Shown here piece by piece: positions 1 to 11,056 of a DNA stretch of 64,000 nucleotides (position 1 is its first letter; each line of letters starts with the position of its first letter). The translations under genes and the position numbers were made by a program. The DNA is taken from positions 1,312,001-1,376,000 of the forward strand of contig CAWGRW010000009.1 in the NCBI GenBank assembly GCA_963825135.1, written 5' to 3'. Origin of the DNA: an uncultured bacterium. GTDB taxonomy: Bacteria > Desulfobacterota_D > UBA1144 > Nemesobacterales > UBA2774. The notes beneath the pieces were generated by a model. The model saw only the letters and a list, made by a program, of their open reading frames with translations, was not told the DNA's origin and did not search any database.

Positions 1-2891
1 GCCCTATACTTACGAACGAGCAGCTCGAACGCATAAGAGGGCTCGACAACAGTACGTTTAAGTCTGTAACGCTTCCCATACTATTCAATATATCGGAGGG
101 CAGCGACGGGCTTGAGGACGCGTTAAAGCACCTGTTCACGAAGGCCGACAGGGCGATTGAGGAAGGGGCCAACCTTTTAATACTGTCTGACAGGGGTTTT
201 GACAGGGAGCGCGCGCCCATACCGTCGCTGCTCGCGTCTTCGGGGCTTCATCACCATTTGATAAGAAACGGCAACAGGCTGAAAGTCGGCCTCATACTCG
301 AGTCGGGCGAGCCCCGCGAAGTTCACCATTTCGCACTCCTGATAAGTTACGGAGTAAGCGCGGTCAATCCTTACCTCGCTTATGAAGTCGTAGAGGACAT
401 GATAGAGCAGGGCCTCCTGAAGGGCGTCGACAAAAAGAGCGCATTGAAGAACTATAGAAAGAGCGTCGTGAAGGGCGTCGTGAAAACGATGTCGAAGATC
501 GGCATATCCGCCGTTCAGAGCTATCACGGCGCACAAATCTTCGAGGCCATAGGCCTCAACCACGAGTTCGTGGATAAATACTTCACATGGACCCCGACCA
601 GGATCAAGGGTGCGGGAATTGAAATAATTACGGACGAGATCGGGATGAGGCACGGTAAGGCCTTTCCCGAGCGCGACGTTGAGCCCGAGACGCTCGACGT
701 AGGCGGCATTTACCAGTGGCGCCCTGACGGGGAGCACCACGCGTTTAATCCGCGGACTGTGCACCTGCTTCAGAACGCCTGCCGCACGGGCAGCTATGAG
801 AACTTCAAGAAGTTCTCGGGCCTGGTCAACGACCAGTCAAAACAGCTCCACACATTGAGAGGGCTCCTCGACATCAAATTCGAGTCCGATCCGATAGATA
901 TAGACGAAGTGGAATCAGTGGAATCGATATGCAGGCGTTTCAAGACCGGCGCGATGTCCTACGGCGCGATAAGCCTCGAGGCGCACGAGAACCTCGCCAT
1001 CGCCATGAACAGGATAGGCGGAAAGAGCAATACCGGCGAGGGAGGGGAAGACCCGGTACGTTATATCCCCGATCCGAACGGCGATTCGAGAAAGAGCGCG
1101 ATCAAGCAGGTCGCTTCAGGAAGGTTCGGGGTAACTAGCGAATTTCTCGTTACAGCAAGCGAGATTCAGATAAAGATAGCTCAGGGGGCGAAGCCGGGCG
1201 AGGGCGGTCAGCTTCCGGGGAAGAAGGTGTATCCCTGGATAGCCAAGGTGAGGCTTTCCACGCCGGGTGTCGGACTCATATCCCCGCCGCCCCATCACGA
1301 CATCTATTCTATCGAGGACCTGGCGGAGCTCATACACGATTTAAAAAATGCGAACCAGAGGGCGCGGATCAACGTCAAACTGGTATCCGAAGTAGGCGTC
1401 GGCACTATCGCCGCCGGTGTGGCGAAGGGGCATGCGGACGTGATTCTCGTAAGCGGATACGACGGCGGCACGGGGGCGTCGCCCCAGTCGAGCATTCAGC
1501 ACGCGGGTCTGCCGTGGGAGCTCGGACTCGCCGAGACCCATCAGACGCTCCTCGTCAATAACCTGAGAAGCAGGGTCGTCATTGAAACGGACGGCCAGAT
1601 GAAAACCGGGCGCGATGTGGTTATCGCGGCTCTCCTCGGAGCGGAGGAATTCGGTTTCTCGACCGCCCCGCTTGTTGTGCTCGGATGTATTATGATGAGG
1701 GTTTGTCATCTCGACACCTGTCCCGTGGGGGTAGCTACGCAGAATCCGGAGCTGCGTAAAAAATTTGCCGGAGACCCCGCGCACGTCGTAAATTTCATGC
1801 GTTTCATAGCGGAGGAAGTAAGGGAGCTCATGGCGCAGCTCGGGTTCCGGACGGTCGACGAAATGATTGGAAGGACCGAGAAGCTCGAGATGAGGAAGGC
1901 CATAGACCACTGGAAAGCAAAGGGCGTCGACCTGTCGGAAGTCCTCTTTCAGCCCGACGTGCCGTCCGACTGGGGAAGGTACTGTCAGATCGAGCAGGAC
2001 CACGGGCTTAGAGAAGCCCTCGACAACAAGGTGTTACTCGAGATCTGTAAGCCGACACTCGAATCGGGCACGCCGGTCGAGGCGATTTTACCTATCAGGA
2101 ACGTAAACAGGACCGTAGGCACCATACTCGGGAGCGAGCTCACGCGTCGTTACGGCCCCGAGGGGCTTCCCCCGGACACCGTCAGGCTTCACTTCAACGG
2201 TTCGGCGGGTCAAAGCTTCGGAGCCTTTGTTCCGAAGTCCATGACGCTCATACTCGAAGGGGATTCGAACGATTATATCGGAAAAGGACTTTCCGGGGGC
2301 AAGATAATAGTCTATCCGCCCAAGGGATCGACATTCAAACCCGAGGAAAACATAATAATCGGCAACGTCGCATTCTACGGCTCGACCGGGGGGGAGGCTT
2401 ACGTCAGGGGCATGGCCGGGGAGCGTTTCTGTGTCAGGAACAGCGGGGTTCACGCCGTGGTGGAGGGAGTCGGCGATCACGCATGCGAATACATGACCGG
2501 CGGCCGTGTTCTCGTCCTCGGCTCAACCGGCAGGAATTTCGCGGCCGGTATGTCGGGCGGGGTGGCCTACGTGCTCGACGAGACGGGAGACTTCCCGGTA
2601 AGGTGCAATAAAGAGATGGTCAGCCTCGAAACAATCGATGAAGAGGATATCGAGGAAATAAAAGGCATGATAAAGCGCCATGTCGAATACACCCATAGCG
2701 AGAGGGGCAGGGACATACTTGCTCGCTGGGCAAATTTATCGGAGAAATTCGTCAAAGTCATGCCCAAGGATTACAAGAGAATGCTCGAAGCGATAAAGAA
2801 AGTCCAGAAAACCGGCCTGAGCGGGGATGAGGCTCTTATGGCGGCATTTGAAGAAAATAAAAGAGACCTGGCCCGTGTAAGCGGCAATTAA
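1..2891 (+). CDS. gltB: Glutamate synthase large subunit (5' end outside window)
   Basis: Frame is open from base 3 (PILTNEQL...). Motifs [49 protein letters not shown] and C-terminal GXGXG domain. Confidence 0.98.
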   Translation, partial: PILTNEQLERIRGLDNSTFKSVTLPILFNISEGSDGLEDALKHLFTKADRAIEEGANLLILSDRGFDRERAPIPSLLASSGLHHHLIRNGNRLKVGLILESGEPREVHHFALLISYGVSAVNPYLAYEVVEDMIEQGLLKGVDKKSALKNYRKSVVKGVVKTMSKIGISAVQSYHGAQIFEAIGLNHEFVDKYFTWTPTRIKGAGIEIITDEIGMRHGKAFPERDVEPETLDVGGIYQWRPDGEHHAFNPRTVHLLQNACRTGSYENFKKFSGLVNDQSKQLHTLRGLLDIKFESDPIDIDEVESVESICRRFKTGAMSYGAISLEAHENLAIAMNRIGGKSNTGEGGEDPVRYIPDPNGDSRKSAIKQVASGRFGVTSEFLVTASEIQIKIAQGAKPGEGGQLPGKKVYPWIAKVRLSTPGVGLISPPPHHDIYSIEDLAELIHDLKNANQRARINVKLVSEVGVGTIAAGVAKGHADVILVSGYDGGTGASPQSSIQHAGLPWELGLAETHQTLLVNNLRSRVVIETDGQMKTGRDVVIAALLGAEEFGFSTAPLVVLGCIMMRVCHLDTCPVGVATQNPELRKKFAGDPAHVVNFMRFIAEEVRELMAQLGFRTVDEMIGRTEKLEMRKAIDHWKAKGVDLSEVLFQPDVPSDWGRYCQIEQDHGLREALDNKVLLEICKPTLESGTPVEAILPIRNVNRTVGTILGSELTRRYGPEGLPPDTVRLHFNGSAGQSFGAFVPKSMTLILEGDSNDYIGKGLSGGKIIVYPPKGSTFKPEENIIIGNVAFYGSTGGEAYVRGMAGERFCVRNSGVHAVVEGVGDHACEYMTGGRVLVLGSTGRNFAAGMSGGVAYVLDETGDFPVRCNKEMVSLETIDEEDIEEIKGMIKRHVEYTHSERGRDILARWANLSEKFVKVMPKDYKRMLEAIKKVQKTGLSGDEALMAAFEENKRDLARVSGN

Positions 2892-2959
2892 TTCTCTCCG
2901 ATTCTCGAACAACTCTATATCCGGTATAATCGTATCGAATTTAAGCTGGAGGAACTTTA

Positions 2960-4444
2960 ATGGGTGACCCCACAGGTTTTATGGAGCACGACAGAGAGCT
3001 TGAGCCCGATCGTTCGCCCGGAGAGCGCATTAAGGACTGGAAAGAATTTCATGAACACCTCCCGGAGTCAAAGCTCAAGGTCCAGGGGTCGAGATGCATG
3101 GACTGCGGTATCCCGTTCTGTCAGACCGGAGTTCTGATAAACGGATTAACCGCCGGCTGTCCGGTCAATAACCTCATACCCGAATGGAACGACCTTGTTT
3201 ACAGGGGGCTCTGGAAAGAAGCGCTCGAACGTCTCCATAAAACGAATAATTTCCCCGAATTCACCGGAAGGATATGCCCCGCGCCGTGCGAGGGGTCGTG
3301 CGTTCTCGGTATAAACGAGACCCCTGTTACGATCAAGACGATAGAGTGCACGATAATAGACAAGGGGTTTGAAGAGGGGTGGGTCGTCCCCGAGATTCCG
3401 GAAACCAGGACCGGAAAAAAGGTCGCGGTCGTGGGGTCAGGGCCCGCGGGACTCGCCTGCGCCGCACAGTTAAACAAGGCGGGTCATCTGGTCACGGTCT
3501 ACGAGAGGGACGACAGGATAGGCGGGCTCCTCATGTACGGCATTCCCAACCCTCACCTCGATAAGCGAGTGGTGGAGAGGAGGGTCAGGCTCTTGTCGGA
3601 AGAAGGGGTCAGGTTCGTCACGGGTACGGAGATAGGCAGGGACTATCCGGCCGAGAACCTGCTTAAGGAATATAATGCGGTCGTCATTTGCACCGGCGCT
3701 ACGAAGCCCCGCGACCTCCCGGTCGAGGGCAGGGATCTGCGCGGCATACATTTCGCCATGGAATTCCTAAGGGCCAATACGAAAAGCCTCCTCGACAGCA
3801 ATCTCAAAGACAAAAACTTCATATCCGCGAAGGGTAAAGACGTTATAGTGCTCGGCGGAGGCGATACGGGGACCGACTGCGTAGCCACCTCCATGCGCCA
3901 TGGGTGCAGGAGCCTGCTGCAGTTCGAGATATTGCAGAAACCCCCGTTTGAGCGCGCTTCGGACAACCCCTGGCCCCAGTGGCCGAAGGTCTACACGCTG
4001 AGCTACGGTCAGGAGGAAGCATTAGCCGTATTCGGAGAGGACCCGAGGAGATACCAGGTCCTGACGACGAAGTTCTCGGGGGATAAGAAGGGGAATGTTA
4101 AGGAGCTCCATACCATACAGATAGAGTGGCAGACGGGTCAAAACGGCCGTGCGTCTTTCCGGGAGATACCGGGCACGGAAAGAGTGTGGCCGGCACAGCT
4201 AGTGCTGCTCGCGCTCGGTTTTTTGGGGCCGGAAGCCCCGCTTCTCGATCAGCTGAAGATAGAGCGCGACGAGCGCTCGAATGCCAGGGCGGAGTACGGC
4301 AAGTACAAAACCAATATCGAAGGCGTATTCGCGGCCGGAGACGCGAGACGGGGGCAGAGCCTCGTAGTATGGGCGATCAACGAAGGTCGGCAGGCCGCCC
4401 GGGAGTGTGACCGGTATCTTATGGGCTATACAAACCTTCCCTGA
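2960..4444 (+). CDS. gltD: Glutamate synthase small subunit
   Basis: [50 protein letters not shown]; follows gltB. Confidence 0.98.
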   Translation: MGDPTGFMEHDRELEPDRSPGERIKDWKEFHEHLPESKLKVQGSRCMDCGIPFCQTGVLINGLTAGCPVNNLIPEWNDLVYRGLWKEALERLHKTNNFPEFTGRICPAPCEGSCVLGINETPVTIKTIECTIIDKGFEEGWVVPEIPETRTGKKVAVVGSGPAGLACAAQLNKAGHLVTVYERDDRIGGLLMYGIPNPHLDKRVVERRVRLLSEEGVRFVTGTEIGRDYPAENLLKEYNAVVICTGATKPRDLPVEGRDLRGIHFAMEFLRANTKSLLDSNLKDKNFISAKGKDVIVLGGGDTGTDCVATSMRHGCRSLLQFEILQKPPFERASDNPWPQWPKVYTLSYGQEEALAVFGEDPRRYQVLTTKFSGDKKGNVKELHTIQIEWQTGQNGRASFREIPGTERVWPAQLVLLALGFLGPEAPLLDQLKIERDERSNARAEYGKYKTNIEGVFAAGDARRGQSLVVWAINEGRQAARECDRYLMGYTNLP

Positions 4445-4583
4445 ACAACTTTCGTTACCTTACTTATATCCTCCACTTATATTCTCCGATCGAATTCTAG
4501 CCTGAATTGATACGGTCCGGGTAGGGAGTCGGGAATTAACTCCGCAACCTCGCGGATTCCGTGTACAGCGGAAGGCCGCCGGT

Positions 4584-6059
4584 TTATCCTTTATACCAGG
4601 CGGGTATCTTGTCCCCTATAAATATATTTACGGTTTTCGTTTCGAGATACATATCGAGCCCTTCCGTGCCGAGCTCTTTCCCCACCCCGCTCTGCTTGAA
4701 TCCGCCGTAAGGCGTCTCGGGCACTATGCCTCCGTACGTATTTACCCACAGGTAACCGGCTCTAACTGCTTTTGCTACCCTGAGAGCTTTTTTGATGTCC
4801 CGCGACCAGATACCTCCGGCAAGTCCGTAAACGGAATCGTTTGCGATCCTGACCGCTTCTTCTTCCGTTTTAAACGGAATTACGGCCACAATCGGACCGA
4901 AAATTTCCTCGCACGCGACGGTCGAATCGGGCTCCACGTCCGCAAGCACGGTCGGTTCGAAAAAATACCCCTTCTTTAATTCCTTGGGGCGCCCTCCGCC
5001 GTGGAGCGCCTGCCCTCCTTCATTTATCCCCTTCTCGAAATACGACGTCACCTTGTCGAAATGCTCTTTTGAGATCAGGGAGCCAAGCTCGGTGTCCTCT
5101 CTTATCGGGTCTCCCTGCCTTATCTTCTTTACCCTGTCTATAAAGGGCGGAAGGAATTTATCGTATATGTTTTCGTGCAGCAGGAGCCTTGTTATTGCGG
5201 TGCAGTTCTCCCCCTGATTAAAAAACCCTCCCCTCAGAGCGGCTTCGATAGTGTTCTCTATCTCCGCGTCCTCGAACACTATGCAGGGCGCTTTACCGCC
5301 GAGCTCCAGAGAAACGCGTTTAATGGTTTGCGAGGCCGTTCTCATGACTATCTTTCCGACTTCCGTCGATCCCGTGAACGCCACCTTCGCGACGCCCTGG
5401 TGCTCTACCAGGGATTGTCCGGCTACTTCACCCATGCCGGGCACGACGTTCAATACCCCGTCCGGGAGCCCGGCCTCGGAACAGAGCCTGGCCACTTCGA
5501 GAATCCCGCAAGGGGTGTATTCAGCCGGCTTTAGCACAATCGTGCATCCCGCGACGAGCGCCGGAGCTATTTTCCAAAGGGAGAGAAGCAGGGGGAAATT
5601 CCACGGGATTATCTGCGCCACCACGCCCAACGGCTCTTTAAGCGTAACCGTAAGCTGGTTTTCCGAGACCGAGATGCTCTCCCCGTTGAGCCTCGTGGCC
5701 GCCCCTGAGTAATATTCGAGCGTCTTCACCGCTCCGCCTATCTCCACAATACGGCTTTCCCGTATGGGCTTTCCGGTTTCGAGCGTGTTTGTCAGGGCTA
5801 TCTGTTCTTTATTCTTATCGAGTATATCGGCGATCCTGCGGACAAGCTTTACCCGCTCCGAAACAGGGGTCTTCGACCACTTTTCAAAGGCTTTGCCAGC
5901 CGCCTCCACGGCCGCATTCACATCTTCCTTCTGGGCTTCGGCGATTTCCGCAAACGGTTCTTCTGTCGCCGGATTTTCTCTGACGTACGTCTTGCCGGAG
6001 ACTGAATCAGTTTCGCGGCCGTTTATAAATAATCCGTATTTCCTGATTTCGGTAATCAA
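4584..6059 (-). CDS. Aldehyde dehydrogenase family protein
   Basis: PWNFP, FTGSTEVG, LELGGK, catalytic GENC, EEIFGP, PYGGFKQSG. Start placed at TTG 6059 behind a GGAGGT SD rather than the ORF-track start. Confidence 0.93.
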   Translation of the reverse strand: MITEIRKYGLFINGRETDSVSGKTYVRENPATEEPFAEIAEAQKEDVNAAVEAAGKAFEKWSKTPVSERVKLVRRIADILDKNKEQIALTNTLETGKPIRESRIVEIGGAVKTLEYYSGAATRLNGESISVSENQLTVTLKEPLGVVAQIIPWNFPLLLSLWKIAPALVAGCTIVLKPAEYTPCGILEVARLCSEAGLPDGVLNVVPGMGEVAGQSLVEHQGVAKVAFTGSTEVGKIVMRTASQTIKRVSLELGGKAPCIVFEDAEIENTIEAALRGGFFNQGENCTAITRLLLHENIYDKFLPPFIDRVKKIRQGDPIREDTELGSLISKEHFDKVTSYFEKGINEGGQALHGGGRPKELKKGYFFEPTVLADVEPDSTVACEEIFGPIVAVIPFKTEEEAVRIANDSVYGLAGGIWSRDIKKALRVAKAVRAGYLWVNTYGGIVPETPYGGFKQSGVGKELGTEGLDMYLETKTVNIFIGDKIPAWYKG

Positions 6060-6317
6060 AACCCCTACCTCCATTTGCTGCTTTGACAGAATTCTATCCA
6101 ATTTTTTTGATATAAGCCAAAGAAGACGGAATTTAACCGTGTCTGCGAAACAGGAATAAGACTGGAAATAAATTGAGGGTGGAACGAAAGCGGATAACGC
6201 GTTTATCCCGGGTAACCCGTCCGGATTACCCGTTGACAACCCTTCCTCCCCGCTCTCGGGGCAGTGTGTACTTCGAGGCAGGACTATACCGGCCGTCCCG
6301 GCACCGATTCCGTAGTC

Positions 6318-6878
6318 CTATTGCCCGGCCTTTGTTCTTCCCGAGCCGGTCGAGGGCGCAAGCAGGATCTTTAGCAGATCCCGGATCTGATCCCTGCTGA
6401 ACGGTTTCTTGAGCACCGAAATTGGCCCAAGCTCCAGGGCCTGGTTCATGATCTCGCTGTCCGGGTAACCCGTAATAATCACAACGGGCAAGCCGCTTTT
6501 GGCTTTCTTGATTTGTTTCAGGACTTCCACGCCGGTTATATCCGGGAGCACGAGGTCGAGGAATACCAGATCTATATTCGAATCCTCTATCGCTCTCGAC
6601 GCTTCTATGCCGCTTTGCACGGTAATGACGTCGTGTCCTTCCGAGGTGACGATTTTCTTGATATCCATAGCAATCAGTTTCTCGTCATCCACGACCAGCA
6701 CGTTCTTTTTCTTGGGCAGCTGGTCCCAGAGCCATTTATCTATAAGCTCTCTGGTGAACCTCCACTGATTCCCCACTTTGAATGCCGGAATCTTGCCGTC
6801 TTCAAGCAATCTGTAGAGAGTAGGTTTGGCGACTTTGAGGTATTGAGCGGCTTCTTCCAGCGTCAGTACTTGCTCCAT
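6318..6878 (-). CDS. Excisionase-type HTH (HTH_17) fused to a response-regulator receiver domain
   Basis: N-term LTLEEAAQYLKVAKPTLYRLLEDGKIPAFKVGNQWRF; C-term VLVVDDE...VFLDLVLP...TGY...KPF; AGGAGG SD. Confidence 0.92.
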   Translation of the reverse strand: MEQVLTLEEAAQYLKVAKPTLYRLLEDGKIPAFKVGNQWRFTRELIDKWLWDQLPKKKNVLVVDDEKLIAMDIKKIVTSEGHDVITVQSGIEASRAIEDSNIDLVFLDLVLPDITGVEVLKQIKKAKSGLPVVIITGYPDSEIMNQALELGPISVLKKPFSRDQIRDLLKILLAPSTGSGRTKAGQ

Positions 6879-7154
6879 TTATCCGATGCCTCCTGTCTCG
6901 CACTCTCGATTGAGATATTGATGGTATTTTTAGCGTGCACTTTTTCTCTTATTACCGGCTGCGCGTATCCGTCTTACACTTGGTAAGATAAGCCGGACAG
7001 GATTAATCTATTTGAATTTCAAATTCTTATCCGTAACCATCCGCATATTGTATACTATTGATGCGGGAATGTCTGTATTCCTTTAACTTTATACTTCGGT
7101 CCTGGCCTCGTTCAAGCTATAATTATATTACTATTATGGAAATCCGCTAGTAGG

Positions 7155-7182
7155 TTGACAATAAAAACCCTTCCAGTAATCT
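7155..7182 (+). promoter_or_regulatory. Putative sigma70 promoter of bioBAF
   Basis: TTGACA, 16 bp, TAATCT upstream of the bioB frame. Confidence 0.55.
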
Positions 7183-7218
7183 AAGGGGAATTCGAAAAAC
7201 CGAGACGGGAGAGGCAGG

Positions 7219-8205
7219 ATTTCTATCCTCGATGTTGTTGCCGAAAAGCTTCTGGTAAATGAGGAGCCCATCAGTTTTGACGAGGCTCTGGCGCTGTACG
7301 AGCTCGATAAGTCTCTCCTTCCCGACCTCATTTCTCTTGCCAGGAAAGTCACATTAAAGTACAAGGGCGACGGCGTTTTTTTAAGGTCCATTATCAGCGC
7401 CCAGACCGGCAACTGCCCTGAAGACTGTTCGTTCTGCTCTCAGTCCGCTCATTACGATACGCAGGTGAACGCGCACCCCCTTATGGCGGCCGAGAAGATA
7501 TTATTGGCGGCTAAACAGTCGGAGAAGCTGGGGGCGATGGATTTCTGTATCGTTATCAGCGCCAGGGGGCCGACGCCGAGGATATTCAAACAGGTACTCG
7601 AAGTCGTGGACATGCTTCGGGCGCAAACGAGCCTCAAGATAGGCTGCTCTCTCGGGGCTCTCCGGGAAGAGCAGGCTTACGAGCTCAAAGAGCACGGCGT
7701 CTGGCGGTACAATCACAATCTTGAGACATGCAGGAGCTATTTCCCCCGCATCTGCACTACCCATACCTACGATGACAGGGTCAGGACGGCGGAACTGGTC
7801 AAGAAAGCTGGCATGCATCTGTGCTCGGGAGGGATACTCGGCATGGGGGAATCGCCGGGACAAAGAATCGAGCTCGCGTTCGAGCTCAGGGCTCTCGGCC
7901 CGAGCTGGGTGCCTATCAATTTCCTGAACCCGAGACCGGGGACCCCGTTTGAAAGCTTTCCCGTGCTCCAGCCGTTCGAGGCCGTGAAAACAATATCGAT
8001 ATTCAGACTGATACTCCCCGATAAAATACTCATGACCGCAGGGGGAAGGGAAGTTACGCTGAGGGATTTGCAGTCAATGGGACTCTTCGCGGGCGCAAAC
8101 GCCATGATTCTGGGAAACTATCTTACCACTCCGGGCAGGTCTCCGGAGGAAGACCTCAGGATGCTCGACGACCTTGAAATGCCGGTCAGAAAGGATGTAA
8201 ACTAA
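7219..8205 (+). CDS. bioB: Biotin synthase (start probably ATT at 7219)
   Basis: Frame is open from 7180. Radical-SAM motif CPEDCSFC lies upstream of the ORF-track start 7465. Also YNHNLET and AGGRE; adjacent to bioA and bioF. Confidence 0.93.
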   Translation: MSILDVVAEKLLVNEEPISFDEALALYELDKSLLPDLISLARKVTLKYKGDGVFLRSIISAQTGNCPEDCSFCSQSAHYDTQVNAHPLMAAEKILLAAKQSEKLGAMDFCIVISARGPTPRIFKQVLEVVDMLRAQTSLKIGCSLGALREEQAYELKEHGVWRYNHNLETCRSYFPRICTTHTYDDRVRTAELVKKAGMHLCSGGILGMGESPGQRIELAFELRALGPSWVPINFLNPRPGTPFESFPVLQPFEAVKTISIFRLILPDKILMTAGGREVTLRDLQSMGLFAGANAMILGNYLTTPGRSPEEDLRMLDDLEMPVRKDVN

Positions 8206-8268
8206 ACACACGCCCGCCGGTTATTCCCCGCAGATGTCCTGCCCCAAAATCAGCTGCCTAATAAAGAT

Positions 8269-9627
8269 ATGCCTGATAGAAAGAAAGAGTTAGGAGATTA
8301 TGACAGGGAGTTCGTGTGGCACCCGTTCACACAGATGAAGGAGTATGAGGGGAAAGACCCGGTCATCATTGAGCGGGGCGAAGGGTCATATCTCATAGAT
8401 TCGGAAGGCAAAAGGTATATAGACGGGGTGTCCTCGCTCTGGGTCAACATACACGGCCACGGAGTCCCCGAGATCGACGATGCGATAAGAGAGCAGGTCG
8501 GCAGGCTCGGGCACAGCACGTTGCTGGGCGTTACGAACCCCCCGGCGGCGGAGCTTGCGAAAGAGCTCATAGACATATGCCCCCCGGGACTTAAAAAGGT
8601 CTTTTATTCGGGTGACGGCGCGAGCGCCGTGGAGGCCGCGATTAAGATGGCCTTTCAGTTCTGGCAGCACACCGGGAAGCCCGGAAAAACAAAGTTCGTT
8701 TCGCTCTGTAACGGCTATCACGGTGATACGCTCGGGGCGGTATCCGTAGGCGGGATAGATCTTTTCCACGCGGCTTTCAAACAGCTCCTCTTCGAGACTT
8801 ATCAGGCCCCTTCCTACTATTGCTACAGATGCCCCCTCGGTAAAACGTATCCTTCCTGCGGGCTCGCGTGCGCGGCCGAGCTGGGGGGTATCCTAGAAGC
8901 GCATCACGAAGAAATCGCGGCGGTCATACTGGAGCCCTGCGTCCAGGCTGCAGGGGGCATGATAGTCTCCCCCCCCGGATACCTCGGGCGCGTGCGGGAA
9001 TACTGCGACAGGTACGGCGTCCTCCTGATACTGGACGAGGTAGCGACCGGTTTCGGCAGGACCGGCAGGATGTTCGCCTGCGAGCACGACGGCGTGACGC
9101 CCGATATACTGGTCCTGGGGAAGGGGATGACCGGAGGTTACCTCCCGCTCTCGGCCACGATCACGACGCAGGCTGTGTACGACGCCTTCCTCGGAGACTA
9201 CGAGGATTTTAAGACCTTCTTCCACGGTCACAGTTATGCCGGCAACCCTCTTTCTTGCGCCGCTTCGCTCGGGAACCTGAAAGCCTTCAAAAAATATAAA
9301 ACGCTCGAAAACCTTAAGGGGAAAATAGAGTATTTCGAAGAAGAGCTGAGGGAGTTTAACGGGCTCGGCCACGTGGGGAACGTGAGGAGCAAGGGACTCA
9401 TGGCGGGTATAGAGCTCGTTCGGGATAAGGAAACGAAAGAGCCTTATCCGGCGTGTGAGAGGATTGGATGGAAGGTCGCCGAGGAGGCAATGAAAGATGG
9501 AGTATTAATACGCCCTCTCGGGGACGTGGTGGTCCTCATGCCCCCTCCGGGGATTCCCATGGAGGATTTAAAAAAACTCGTCAGTGCGACATACGATTCG
9601 ATCAAAAGAGCGACGGAACCCATGTAG
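8269..9627 (+). CDS. bioA: Adenosylmethionine-8-amino-7-oxononanoate aminotransferase
   Basis: WHPFTQM, DGVSSLWVNIHGH, YHGDT, DEVATGFGRTG, GKGMTGG, FFHGHSYAGN. Confidence 0.97.
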   Translation: MPDRKKELGDYDREFVWHPFTQMKEYEGKDPVIIERGEGSYLIDSEGKRYIDGVSSLWVNIHGHGVPEIDDAIREQVGRLGHSTLLGVTNPPAAELAKELIDICPPGLKKVFYSGDGASAVEAAIKMAFQFWQHTGKPGKTKFVSLCNGYHGDTLGAVSVGGIDLFHAAFKQLLFETYQAPSYYCYRCPLGKTYPSCGLACAAELGGILEAHHEEIAAVILEPCVQAAGGMIVSPPGYLGRVREYCDRYGVLLILDEVATGFGRTGRMFACEHDGVTPDILVLGKGMTGGYLPLSATITTQAVYDAFLGDYEDFKTFFHGHSYAGNPLSCAASLGNLKAFKKYKTLENLKGKIEYFEEELREFNGLGHVGNVRSKGLMAGIELVRDKETKEPYPACERIGWKVAEEAMKDGVLIRPLGDVVVLMPPPGIPMEDLKKLVSATYDSIKRATEPM

Positions 9628-9690
9628 CGGCATACATGGGAATGCACGCTCGGCGCAGGTGAAAATTTGTCAGAACGGCTCTCCCGCAAT

Positions 9691-10881
9691 ATGCAAAACC
9701 CCCTTGACTGGATAGAAAATGATTTGGCACATATTAAGGATAAAAAGCTCTACCGCGCGCTTACGGAGCTCGGCACCGGCCAGTCCCCTGAAATAACTAT
9801 CGACGGGAAGCGGTATATCCTTTTTGCGTCGAACAGTTATCTCGGGCTGTCGGTCGACCCCGGGGTCGTGGAGGCCGCCAGGCTCGCTCTCGAGAAATAC
9901 GGGACCGGCTCGGGCGGGTCCAGGCTCGTGAGCGGGAGCACCGACCTCCACAGGGAGCTCGAAGAGCGCATAGCGTCTTTTAAAAATGCCGAGGCCGCCA
10001 TAATATTCAGCTCCGGATACCTGGCGAATATCGGGACTATTTCCTCTATTATCGGCGAGGGGGATACGGTATACAGCGACGAGCTCAATCATGCCTCCAT
10101 AATAGACGGGTGCAGGCTTTCCCGCGCGGACATCCGCATTTACGGACACCTCGATTTCGACCGTCTGGAATCTCTCCTCTCGTCCGACAGAAACAGGAAG
10201 GGGAAAAGGCTCATCGTAACCGACACCGTGTTCAGCATGGACGGAGACCTCGCCTATCTCCCCCGCCTGGTCGAGCTTTCGGACAGATTCGGCTGCATGC
10301 TCATGGTCGACGAGGCGCACGCGACGGGGGTGCTCGGCGAAAGGGGCAGCGGCGCGACCGAGCACTTCGGCGTGGAGAAAGACGTGCCCATAGTCATGGG
10401 CACGCTTTCAAAGGCGGCGGGCTCTCTGGGCGGCTATATCGCGGGCAGTCAGAGGCTGATCGATTTCATCAGGAACCGCGTCAGGAGCTATATCTTCGAC
10501 ACATCCCTCCCCGCCGCATCGATAGCCGCGTCGATAGCCGCGATAGATATAATCGAGAACGAGCCCCTTAGAAGGGAGCACCTCTGGCATCTTATAAAAA
10601 GATTTAAGAGCGGTATCGGGGACATCGGCCTCACCGTACTCCCTTCCGGTTCCGCTATCGTACCGGTCTTGATCGGAGAGGCGGGGCCCGCGCTCGAATT
10701 CGCGGCCGCCCTCAGGGAAAGCGGCATCTATACGCCTGCCGTGAGGCCGCCGTCGGTCCCGGCAGGCAAATGCAGGATCAGGGCTACGCTCATGGCCGGG
10801 CACACGGAAGAGCACGTCGACCTCGCTCTCGGCGCTTTTAAGTCCGCGTTCGAAACATATATGAAGCGAGTAGAGGAATAA
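9691..10881 (+). CDS. bioF: 8-amino-7-oxononanoate synthase
   Basis: SNSYLGL, SGGSRLVSG, NHASIIDG, DEAHATG, GTLSKA; in the bio cluster. Confidence 0.95.
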   Translation: MQNPLDWIENDLAHIKDKKLYRALTELGTGQSPEITIDGKRYILFASNSYLGLSVDPGVVEAARLALEKYGTGSGGSRLVSGSTDLHRELEERIASFKNAEAAIIFSSGYLANIGTISSIIGEGDTVYSDELNHASIIDGCRLSRADIRIYGHLDFDRLESLLSSDRNRKGKRLIVTDTVFSMDGDLAYLPRLVELSDRFGCMLMVDEAHATGVLGERGSGATEHFGVEKDVPIVMGTLSKAAGSLGGYIAGSQRLIDFIRNRVRSYIFDTSLPAASIAASIAAIDIIENEPLRREHLWHLIKRFKSGIGDIGLTVLPSGSAIVPVLIGEAGPALEFAAALRESGIYTPAVRPPSVPAGKCRIRATLMAGHTEEHVDLALGAFKSAFETYMKRVEE

Positions 10882-10936
10882 TCTGTAACGGGAGAGGGCC
10901 GTGCGTCACGCGAATATAGTGAACGGGAAGGATTTG

Positions 10937-10999
10937 GAATGGACTTTGCGAAAGAAGGAATGGACCTTGCAAAAGTCAGAATGGACCTTGCAAAAGAAG
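10937..10999 (+). repeat. 21-bp tandem repeat, 3 copies
   Basis: GAATGGACTTTGCGAAAGAAG / GAATGGACCTTGCAAAAGTCA / GAATGGACCTTGCAAAAGAAG. Confidence 0.9.
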
Positions 11000-11056
11000 G
11001 TGTTTAGATTCGAATCCAGGAGAAAGTCCCTCGGCTCGGCTTCCGGAGGGGACAGA

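Noticed and set aside
6318..6878. Integrative element suggested by the excisionase-like HTH
   Set aside because: The HTH is fused to a receiver domain, and no integrase or att-like repeats were seen.
7125..7165. BirA operator upstream of bioB
   Set aside because: Only one half-site-like GGTTGACAA is present (it overlaps the -35 box); there is no matching left half at the expected spacing.
10937..10999. Mini CRISPR array
   Set aside because: The repeats are directly tandem with no spacers, and there are no cas genes.
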